IMG/VR virus record: IMGVR_UViG_3300005611_000160
Location: 1 to 27,978 of that record
Length of the DNA stretch: 27,978 bases
Source of the DNA: a virus
Lineage: Duplodnaviria; Caudoviricetes
Direction: 5' to 3' (one strand)
Made by a program: the position numbers and the translations under genes. Within the stretch, counting starts at the first letter, position 1. Each line of letters begins with the position of its first letter. This document shows, one piece after another, positions 1 through 6,431 of the stretch. The notes below the pieces were generated by a model. It worked only from the letters and a program-made list of their open reading frames with translations. It was not told where the DNA came from and ran no database searches.

Positions 1-1
1 A

Positions 2-127
2 GCAGCCCTGATTTTGGCGGCCTATGAACTGCCGCCGGTAGCTTATATGGACTGCAAGCGCCTTGACGAACAACCGGGGGATTGGGGATGGCTGAACCAA
101 TCGAAAAATGACGAGCAGGAGGCATAG
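2..127 (+). CDS. 3' end of a hypothetical protein (truncated by window start)
   Basis: The only + frame open from the window start (AALILAAYELPP...NDEQEA*); no recognisable motif. Confidence 0.3.
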   Translation, partial: AALILAAYELPPVAYMDCKRLDEQPGDWGWLNQSKNDEQEA

Positions 128-219
128 GAAGTAGGTCACGCGCAATCTCAAATGAGTTACGCGGATGTACTCGCCCTGCTGACTTTCACGAGCAACCTGA
201 TTTCGATGGAAATGATGGA

Positions 220-486
220 ATGAAACTGGTGGTCGTTGAATGGCGAGACATTATGAGTTGGTCTGGCTGGAATGACGACCTCATCAAAGACAACAAAGAC
301 GAGCCGGGACTTTTTTATAGTGTCGGCTTTTTAGTGAGAAGAACAAAAACAAAGCTGACCATTTGCGATACCTGCCCCGGAGTTGGAAACGTCACTACCT
401 TCCCGATGGGTTGTGTGGTATCCGTAAAGGAAATTAGCCTTGGAACTCGAATCCCTAAAGCCCTACGCGACTGCAAGGCAGCTTGA
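220..486 (+). CDS. Conserved small phage protein (beta-rich, V-V-x-W-x-D...SVG-x-L pattern)
   Basis: 88 aa ORF; MKLVVVEWRD...W...YSVGFLV pattern recalled from many phage hypotheticals; overlaps the next gene. Confidence 0.7.
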   Translation: MKLVVVEWRDIMSWSGWNDDLIKDNKDEPGLFYSVGFLVRRTKTKLTICDTCPGVGNVTTFPMGCVVSVKEISLGTRIPKALRDCKAA

Positions 487-1615
487 ATACATAGAGGCTG
501 TTCAGAGGTTCGGTAGTCTTAGGAAGGCTGCTGCTCATTTTGGGGTTTGCCATGCCTCGATCAGCAAATCCATGCATTCTCTTAAGGCGGCAGCGGCCCG
601 TGCTGGATTCTCCCCAGAACATGACATGACCCACCCCGCAGCGCCGGGGTTTTCTGTCTCTGGAACATCCACTATGTACGGCCCAGACGGGCAGATTAAA
701 GCGCAATGGGTCAAGACGCGTCAGGATCAAGAAAAGCTCGTAGAGGCGCTCCTAGAGCGTCTGGAGAACTATTCCTACAAGCCTGCCCCCTCAGTCAAAC
801 CACCCAAGCATGCTGTAGCGTGTTACGCAACGCTATACACCCTGACAGATTTCCACCTTGGGATGTATTCGTGGGGTGAAGAATCCGGGGATGACTGGGA
901 TGTAGACATTGCCGTAAAGACAATGCTAACGGCGATTCAAGAGATGGCGGATGGAAGTCCAAATTCCGAGTATGGAATCCTGAATTTGCAGGGAGACTTT
1001 CTTCACTGGGATGGACTCGACGCGGTAACGCCCACCTCCAAACATGTTCTCGACGCTGATACCCGGTTCGGCAAGTTGATTGACATGGCCCTTGACACGA
1101 TTGTGGGCAGCGTTGAGATGCTTCTGGGGAAACATAAGAAAGTCAAGGTCATCGTGTGTGAGGGCAACCACGACCTTGTTGGTAGTCTGTGGATACGGAA
1201 GATGCTCAAGAAGATCTACGCGAAGAACTCCCGCCTTGAAGTAGATGACACCGAATTTCCGTATTACGCTCATTTGCATGGCTCAATTATGCTGGGCTTC
1301 CACCATGGCCACAAGGTGAAGAACAAATCTTTACCTGCCCTGTTCGCTTCTGAGCCTAGATTCCGTAAGATGTGGGGCGACGCTGCCTATTGTTATATCC
1401 ACACGGGCCACTACCACCATAGTGAACAAGATATGGCCGAAGGTGGAGGCGCAATAGTCGAGCGTCACCCAACACTGTCAGGGCGGGATGCCTATGCTGC
1501 CCGTGGTGGCTATGTTTCTTGGCGAGCTGCTCATGCCATCACTTATCACACCCAATATGGAGAGGTTCGCCGTGTCACAGTCACACCTAGGGGGTCACAT
1601 GACAAATCCATGTAG
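440..1615 (+). CDS. Calcineurin-like metallophosphoesterase with N-terminal HTH
   Basis: Metal-binding motifs in order: DFH, GDFLH, GNHD, HHGH, GHYHH; N-terminal GSLRKAAAHFGVCHASIS helix-turn-helix; TTG start preceded by AAGGA. Confidence 0.9.
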   Translation: MELESLKPYATARQLEYIEAVQRFGSLRKAAAHFGVCHASISKSMHSLKAAAARAGFSPEHDMTHPAAPGFSVSGTSTMYGPDGQIKAQWVKTRQDQEKLVEALLERLENYSYKPAPSVKPPKHAVACYATLYTLTDFHLGMYSWGEESGDDWDVDIAVKTMLTAIQEMADGSPNSEYGILNLQGDFLHWDGLDAVTPTSKHVLDADTRFGKLIDMALDTIVGSVEMLLGKHKKVKVIVCEGNHDLVGSLWIRKMLKKIYAKNSRLEVDDTEFPYYAHLHGSIMLGFHHGHKVKNKSLPALFASEPRFRKMWGDAAYCYIHTGHYHHSEQDMAEGGGAIVERHPTLSGRDAYAARGGYVSWRAAHAITYHTQYGEVRRVTVTPRGSHDKSM

Positions 1616-1775
1616 TGTTGTACCGGAACTTTGGAAAGATCTGGATGCCGCCAAGAACAAGGGTGAGATCATCCATGCTCTGCGTAGGGCTATGTCCTCT
1701 TATGGCCTGCACTCCAATATGCCGAAGGAGCTGTACGAAAAGCTAGAGGCTGCGACTACACACTTTTATCGGTAA
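1599..1775 (+). CDS. Hypothetical protein, 58 aa (MTNPCSVVPELW...)
   Basis: ATG at 1599 with a GGGGG RBS, overlapping the upstream stop; shorter than the ORF-track call 1488..1775. Confidence 0.55.
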   Translation: MTNPCSVVPELWKDLDAAKNKGEIIHALRRAMSSYGLHSNMPKELYEKLEAATTHFYR

Positions 1776-1780
1776 TCTTT

Positions 1781-1912
1781 CCAGATCTGGTCTGATTTTT
1801 GGTCAGATTACGATTCCCGGTCGGGCATAAATCCATCGAATTCGATGGGTTTAGCCTGAAATCTTCCCGCTTGGGAATAAAAAACCCCGCCGAAGCGGGG
1901 CTGTATATACAG
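1781..1912. repeat. Cluster of short palindromes / inverted repeats
   Basis: CCAGATCTGG (1781-1790); TCTGA-N7-TCAGA (1791-1807); CCCG-GT-CGGG (1816-1825); perfect CCATCGAATTCGATGG (1833-1848); TTCCC-N4-GGGAA (1864-1877); CTGTATATACAG (1901-1912). Confidence 0.85.
1879..1900 (-). terminator. Rho-independent terminator
   Basis: Minus strand CCCCGC-TTCG-GCGGGG followed by TTTTTT. Confidence 0.85.
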
Positions 1913-1934
1913 TGTGTGTATGTGATAGGCAGAA

Positions 1935-2019
1935 AGTTATGAGCCGAATCAAATAACCGTCAAATAAAAAAAGGTATATGATTCAGCAACTTACAAAAGT
2001 TATGAACCAGTTATGAACC
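1935..2019 (+). repeat. Three 11-bp direct repeats AGTTATGA(A/G)CC around an A-tract and IHF-like site
   Basis: Copies at 1935-1945, 1998-2008 and 2009-2019; ATTCAGCAACTTA (1981-1993) matches WATCARNNNNTTR with one mismatch. Confidence 0.75.
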
Positions 2020-2027
2020 AATGGATC

Positions 2028-2070
2028 AAACAAAAGAGAACCCCCACCGGGAAAAGCCCAGCAGGGGTTC
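2028..2070 (-). terminator. Rho-independent terminator of the moron transcript
   Basis: Minus strand 14-bp stem with G-U pairs, GAACCCCTGCTGGG-CTTTT-CCCGGTGGGGGTTC, followed by TCTTTTGTTT. Confidence 0.7.
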
Positions 2071-2224
2071 GGGCACCTCAAAAGGTACAGGCTCTAACAG
2101 TGCCGTTGCTTTCCTGTACTGCACATTGGTGTCGATTACAGAGTTCTCCGAGGGACAACCCAAACCCAAGCTGAACACCACTCAGCGAGGGGTGACTAAA
2201 ATATGGCAGATCCTTATTTTAGGA

Positions 2225-2419
2225 TCAACCCCAATAGCCATTTTCTTCATTGAAGGTAGCCACATCACGGTCGCACGGCTTGTTCAGGCCATAGACCACA
2301 GGGCAAGGGTTTCCCCAATAGCCATTCTCTTCGTTGAAGGTGTCGATGTCAGAGGCGATTACGCCAGAGGACACACCTACGATTGTTGCGCCCAGCACAA
2401 ATGCTACAATTGATTTCAT
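2225..2419 (-). CDS. Small secreted protein with duplicated TFNEENGYWG motif
   Basis: 64 aa; signal-peptide-like N-terminus (MKSIVAFVLGATIVGVSSGVIA); GGGGA RBS; own promoter and terminator; the two repeat copies differ only at synonymous positions. Confidence 0.85.
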   Translation of the reverse strand: MKSIVAFVLGATIVGVSSGVIASDIDTFNEENGYWGNPCPVVYGLNKPCDRDVATFNEENGYWG

Positions 2420-2451
2420 GTCAAAATCCCCAAAAGTTAAAGTGATGGGGT

Positions 2452-2480
2452 ATATTAGCCGATGCTTATGGAGCAGTCAA
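2452..2480 (-). promoter_or_regulatory. Sigma70-type promoter for the secreted peptide gene
   Basis: Minus strand TTGACT (2480-2475), 17-nt spacer, TAATAT (2457-2452). Confidence 0.75.
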
Positions 2481-2482
2481 TT

Positions 2483-2593
2483 GAGTCTGAGTCCTATGCT
2501 GCACGCCGCAAGGCATTGAAAGCACGGCACGCAAAGAACATTGCTAAGGGCAAGATGTCTGCTGCATACTGGGCCAATAAGGTGAAATGGTAA
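2483..2593 (+). pseudogene. C-terminal remnant of a conserved basic phage protein (...ARHAKNIAKGKMSAAYWANKVKW*)
   Basis: Translates as ESESYAARRKALKARHAKNIAKGKMSAAYWANKVKW*, recalled as the C-terminus of a common ~90-aa aquatic-phage protein; the expected N-terminal half is absent; stop overlaps next ATG (TAATG). Confidence 0.7.
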
Positions 2594-3357
2594 TGGCACG
2601 ATACGATTCTATTGGGCGCAACAGGCGGACTGAAAGTTTCCCGCTGTACATAGCGAGAGGCATGGTAGCTGGCCATGATATTGTTACGCTATCTGGTTCT
2701 GTAATTACCAGCACCACCATGTCAACCGTCTGGAATAATGGCGGACTTTATTCTTATCCTGCATCAGCAACTACAATGAAAGTTAGCAGTAGCAATACTG
2801 CCGACACAGCTGCTGGAGCAGGGGCAAGAGTAGTATTTGTTAATGGACTGGATGTCAACTACAACCCAATTAGCGAGTACATCTCAATGAATGGGCAGAC
2901 ACCAGTTACCACAACAAAAAGTTACTTGCGAATCAATGGTCTGAATGTGGTATCGGGTGCTGCGAATGTTGGCAACATTTACATTGGTACAGGTACGGTA
3001 ACTGCTGGCGTTCCTGCTACTGTGTATTGTGAGGTAGTGACTGGCAATGTTAATTCATTGCAAGCGATCTACTCTGTGCCTGCTAATTACGATGCGTATA
3101 TGCACTTCGGCTCGATCTCTACAGGCACAACCCAATCCAACAAGTATGTGAAAAGTAAATTAATGGTGCGCCCCTTTGGTGGCGTGCTTGGCATAGTTCT
3201 TGAAACCACATTAAACAGTGGCATCAACGCATTCGCTTTTGATTATCCAATTAAAATATCAGCGAAGTCTGATATAGAAGCGCGGGCTATATCTTCATCA
3301 GGCACAGATAATGTCGCTGTCATTATCCAGTTAGTGCTAGTGCATCAACCTGACTAA
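2593..3357 (+). CDS. Conserved beta-rich phage protein, possibly virion-associated
   Basis: 254 aa, G/S/T/V/N-rich, with a DTAAGAGAR...GLD..Y..ISE...NG.TPVTT..SYLRIN pattern seen in aquatic phages; translationally coupled start. Confidence 0.75.
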   Translation: MARYDSIGRNRRTESFPLYIARGMVAGHDIVTLSGSVITSTTMSTVWNNGGLYSYPASATTMKVSSSNTADTAAGAGARVVFVNGLDVNYNPISEYISMNGQTPVTTTKSYLRINGLNVVSGAANVGNIYIGTGTVTAGVPATVYCEVVTGNVNSLQAIYSVPANYDAYMHFGSISTGTTQSNKYVKSKLMVRPFGGVLGIVLETTLNSGINAFAFDYPIKISAKSDIEARAISSSGTDNVAVIIQLVLVHQPD

Positions 3358-3557
3358 CGCTTCTTTGGATTGTAGATATGCCATGGTGATTTTTTAGCGG
3401 CATAGCTAGCGGCTTGACTTTTATTCATTGTCTTCATTGACACTGCTTCTTCTGGTGTCCAACCCCGCTTGATTCTGTGATAAACCGTGCTCCATTTTAC
3501 TCCGGCTGCATCCGCCATTGCTCTGTATTTTTTTAACTGTTCTTTTGTATGTTGCAT
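3354..3557 (-). CDS. Small basic DNA-binding protein (G-V-x-W-S-T-V-Y-H-R-I-x-R-G-W-x-x-E-x-A module)
   Basis: Module resembles the HTH-like repeat at the C-termini of phage HNH endonucleases; start moved to ATG 3557 because the longer ORF runs through a terminator. Confidence 0.7.
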   Translation of the reverse strand: MQHTKEQLKKYRAMADAAGVKWSTVYHRIKRGWTPEEAVSMKTMNKSQAASYAAKKSPWHIYNPKKR

Positions 3558-3568
3558 AACTTCTAGAT

Positions 3569-3592
3569 AAAAAACCCCCGCCGAAGCGGGGG
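3569..3592 (-). terminator. Rho-independent terminator ending the recombination operon
   Basis: Minus strand CCCCCGC-TTCG-GCGGGGG-TTTTTT; near-identical to 1879-1900. Confidence 0.85.
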
Positions 3593-3663
3593 AAACTCTT
3601 GCCATCTGGAGGAGATTACCGGGGAGGAGTTGACTAAGAAATCCCCGGTCGCAAGAGGTAGGA

Positions 3664-3945
3664 CTAAACCACCTGATTTGTATGCTCTACTTTATGGTAG
3701 AAAATTGCAATAGGATTACCCTGCATTTCTGCTGCGGCTTCCGTTGCTTCAATCAGTCTTGTAATCATGTTGTCTTCATCAATAGTAAGTAGCGTGCCTA
3801 GCGTTGCAAGCAATACGGTATTGCATATCTCATCTTTGCTAGATCCACGCCAGCCCTTAATGACAGACACTATGTCGTCAACCATCTGGTCTTCTATCTT
3901 GCTGATCTCACGCTTGAGCGTGAACCTAGAACGGGACATCATCAT
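3664..3945 (-). CDS. Hypothetical protein
   Basis: 93 aa ORF overlapping the end of ssb in the same operon. Confidence 0.65.
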   Translation of the reverse strand: MMMSRSRFTLKREISKIEDQMVDDIVSVIKGWRGSSKDEICNTVLLATLGTLLTIDEDNMITRLIEATEAAAEMQGNPIAIFYHKVEHTNQVV

Positions 3946-4357
3946 TCAGATCGTCTTGGGATGGCAGGTTAGTAGCTCCAGCAAACGCATCGTTTGGATC
4001 GAAGGTATCGCCCTTGGCTTTCTCCATGATCTTGATCTCGCCACCAAATTTAGGGATTACGATTTCAGTCATGTACTGCTTCTGACCATCCTTCTCCCAG
4101 CTACGGTACTCGACCTGTCCTTCGATATAAACCTTGACTCCCTTGACAATGCGATCCATTACATACTTGATCTTGGCCGAGTTAAGGATCTTGATATTGT
4201 GCCATTGAGTATTCTCTCTCCATTCTCCCTCTTTAGTCTTCCAAGATTCTGAGGTGGCTACGCTGAACTGCATATACAGATCACCGCTTGGGAATGACAT
4301 GACTACTGCATCCTTGCCAACATTGCCGAGGATAATTACTTTGTTAATACTGCTCAT
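3926..4357 (-). CDS. ssb: Single-stranded DNA-binding protein
   Basis: SINKVIILGNVGKD N-terminus, ATSESWK, KGVKVYIEGQ, acidic DDVPF C-terminal tip. Confidence 0.97.
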   Translation of the reverse strand: MSSINKVIILGNVGKDAVVMSFPSGDLYMQFSVATSESWKTKEGEWRENTQWHNIKILNSAKIKYVMDRIVKGVKVYIEGQVEYRSWEKDGQKQYMTEIVIPKFGGEIKIMEKAKGDTFDPNDAFAGATNLPSQDDLNDDVPF

Positions 4358-4361
4358 TCTC

Positions 4362-5003
4362 TTATTCTCCGAGAGTTGCTTCGTGATTCTTAAACACAGT
4401 GGCTAAATACATACCGTTAGCCTTCGGCATTTGCTTGACCTCATCCCTGATCGAAGCCTTAAGCGCATCGACTTCGGCCTTGGTCTTGCAATCCTTGATT
4501 GATTCAACGATCTGATTTAATCGTGGGTTCTCCTCCTTCTTGGCTTCTGCTACTGCGTTCTTCTCGCTGAACTCCTTGTTCATCTTTGCTACATATCGGT
4601 TGTCATCAAACTTACCAAGGAACACATCAGCACCCAGACCGAGATGGCTTAGTGCTTTTGTTAACGCATCGGTCATTGCTTTCTTGGGTGCGTCCTCATC
4701 AATCTTACCCTTTTCAGATACGATGAAGTCCAAGCCTCTGACAGGGCCGTAGCTTTCGTGAGCAGAGATCCATACCTTGACATCCGCAACGGCCAGCAGC
4801 GCGGCTCCTGCGGCCAGTGTGCTGTGTTCTACGGTGTACCCCCAGCCCTCGCCTACCGTCCCGAACAGTTCCGTCATGCGCATGATCTGGTACTGCGGGT
4901 CAATGCTGGTAAAGCCACGACCAAAGGTTACTTTTTTGGTGTACTGCGGATCAGTCTTCTCGACTGCATTCCATACCATCATGTTCTGTTCTTTGTTAAT
5001 CAT
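4362..5003 (-). CDS. Rad52/Rad22-like (Sak-type) single-strand annealing protein
   Basis: KTDP.YTK...FTSIDP.YQI..MTELFG.VG.GWG and DEDAPKKAMTDALTKALS.LGLGADVF motifs; TAAGGAG RBS before ATG 5003; lies between exonuclease and ssb. Confidence 0.85.
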   Translation of the reverse strand: MINKEQNMMVWNAVEKTDPQYTKKVTFGRGFTSIDPQYQIMRMTELFGTVGEGWGYTVEHSTLAAGAALLAVADVKVWISAHESYGPVRGLDFIVSEKGKIDEDAPKKAMTDALTKALSHLGLGADVFLGKFDDNRYVAKMNKEFSEKNAVAEAKKEENPRLNQIVESIKDCKTKAEVDALKASIRDEVKQMPKANGMYLATVFKNHEATLGE

Positions 5004-5013
5004 AATCAACTCC

Positions 5014-5301
5014 TTATTTAGACAAGGCTACAATTGCGCCAACAATTCCAGCGCATACCAATGTAAAGATTACCCAACCTAATGATTCATCGGTCTTGCT
5101 AGGCTGTGGAATTTCTTGGCGAGGTTTGTCGTTAACAACTTTGACTGGCTTAGCTTTCTTTCTTTTCTTTACCGGAGTAAGCAATGCTTTCTCTAGACTC
5201 CATCCAATATGCACTCGGTTGTACACCACATTTGGATTGATGCCCTTAGCTTTTGCCATAGCTGCAATGGTTTCTGGTTTCTTGATCGCTTTCTTTTTCA
5301 T
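5014..5301 (-). CDS. DNA-binding module plus C-terminal transmembrane helix
   Basis: GINPNVVYNRVHIGWSLEKAL..P (paralogous to 3354-3557), Lys-rich linker, hydrophobic tail LGWVIFTLVCAGIVGAIVAL. Confidence 0.75.
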   Translation of the reverse strand: MKKKAIKKPETIAAMAKAKGINPNVVYNRVHIGWSLEKALLTPVKKRKKAKPVKVVNDKPRQEIPQPSKTDESLGWVIFTLVCAGIVGAIVALSK

Positions 5302-5576
5302 TAGTGTAATTCCCTAGTCCTAAAGAACCCATCGTATTCTGGGTATTCGTGCATGAATAACCGTGCGTAGTACGGTCGGTGGTTGTTGTTCAGTTTGAAG
5401 TCATCGCCCTGAGTTTCAATTTCACTGTGCCAGCGGATGCGCTCGAAGATTGCATTAGCTGAATAGTTCTTGCGTCCACTGCGCAGTGCCTCGAATGTAA
5501 ATCGTACGAATAGTTCGTACACTTGTGGGTTAGCTTTGTGAAACTCCCACCATTTCTGTTTCAGTGCTTGGCTCAT
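5301..5576 (-). CDS. Conserved phage hypothetical protein
   Basis: FH..NP.VY..F...IFERIRW...FKLNNN.RPYYARLF...GFF.TR pattern recalled from many phages; coupled to neighbours. Confidence 0.8.
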   Translation of the reverse strand: MSQALKQKWWEFHKANPQVYELFVRFTFEALRSGRKNYSANAIFERIRWHSEIETQGDDFKLNNNHRPYYARLFMHEYPEYDGFFRTRELH

Positions 5577-6147
5577 CAGTCAACTCCATGTCTGCAATGT
5601 CAATGCTTGCTGGGTTTATTTTCTTTTGTACGCAGTTCCAGAATTTAGATTCCAGTTCAATTAACTCCGCTTGGTATAGCGGATCAGCTTCTACCTCTGT
5701 GATCTCATGCTTGTAGTTCCCATACAGCACAGACAAATACGCCCTGGCTGCACCAGTTACCATCATGTAATGCTGCAACTGTGGCATATATTTCTTGAGT
5801 ACATTGTCCGGCTTGCTGAATCCATTAACATGCTTGGCTTCCCAGACTGCATTCTCCTTTTCGATCCAGCCATCCAAGCTAGCTACCATCCATGAGAATG
5901 TAGGACTGACAATGGTTTCATTGTTAGTAAGCACTAACTTACCTGTTGTTTTCTGAAACCAATTGCGGTTGAAGTCCTCGGTGTAGATGCCCATTTGCAC
6001 AGGCAGAATGTCAGACAAATCATCACGCTCTTTCATGCCTAGTTTCTCAGCCCATAGGTCATACCAGTCGCCAGTCATTAGCTTAATTGCATCGCTTCCG
6101 CCGACCCCTTGGCTTCTGATTCTGTGTTGTTCTTCTGTTAATGTCAT
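5530..6147 (-). CDS. YqaJ / lambda-exonuclease family recombination nuclease
   Basis: R..GVGGSD, G...E, ASLDG, EAKH and QLQHYMMV motifs; GGGGG RBS. Confidence 0.93.
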   Translation of the reverse strand: MTLTEEQHRIRSQGVGGSDAIKLMTGDWYDLWAEKLGMKERDDLSDILPVQMGIYTEDFNRNWFQKTTGKLVLTNNETIVSPTFSWMVASLDGWIEKENAVWEAKHVNGFSKPDNVLKKYMPQLQHYMMVTGAARAYLSVLYGNYKHEITEVEADPLYQAELIELESKFWNCVQKKINPASIDIADMELTDEPSTETEMVGVSQS

Positions 6148-6156
6148 GTCACCCCC

Positions 6157-6206
6157 TTGTCAACCAATGTGTACCGTAATATACTGCTGTCCATCGTCCA
6201 TGTCAA
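6157..6206. promoter_or_regulatory. Overlapping divergent sigma70 promoters
   Basis: + strand TTGTCA (6157-6162)-17-TATACT (6180-6185); minus strand TTGACA (6206-6201)-17-TATATT (6183-6178). Confidence 0.8.
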
Positions 6207-6215
6207 CAGGAGTTA

Positions 6216-6431
6216 ATGATGGAAGTAGAAGAAGAAGCGACAGTGGTTGTCGCTGCAGCCAAAGAAGATTGGGTTGACACCCATCAGGCATCCAAGATCA
6301 CTGGCTTTACCTACGGTACGCTGCGTACTTGGCGTTGCCAGAAGAAGGGTCCACCGTTTTCCAAGGTAGGCTCAGCCATCCGCTACAAAGTAGGGGACCT
6401 GCAAGACTACATGGAAGACCGGATTTGTTAG
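6216..6431 (+). CDS. AlpA/excisionase-like HTH protein
   Basis: T.QASKITG...GTLRTWR...KGPPF.KVG.AIRY...DL..Y motif; AGGAG RBS. Confidence 0.9.
   Translation: MMEVEEEATVVVAAAKEDWVDTHQASKITGFTYGTLRTWRCQKKGPPFSKVGSAIRYKVGDLQDYMEDRIC

Noticed and set aside
2-223. TAG at 125-127 followed by a protein-like in-frame continuation (…SQMSYADVLALLTF…) ending in ATGA coupling, suggesting stop-codon recoding
   Set aside because: TAG terminates many clear genes here (phosphoesterase, SLT, terL, scaffold) and the long genes have no internal TAG; a single nonsense change or junction at the window edge cannot be resolved
1901-1912. CTGTATATACAG as a LexA (SOS) box
   Set aside because: Spacing is CTGT-N4-ACAG, not the required CTGT-N8-ACAG
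1935-1947. Minus strand TCGGCTCATAAC resembling a tRNA-Met anticodon arm
   Set aside because: No D arm, T arm or acceptor stem around it
2229-2341. 29-bp direct repeat pair as a mini-CRISPR array
   Set aside because: Only two copies, in frame within a coding sequence, with silent differences; no cas genes
2021-2413. 130-aa + strand ORF
   Set aside because: Antisense shadow of the secreted peptide gene and its terminator; no RBS; the minus frame has promoter, RBS and synonymous-only repeat changes
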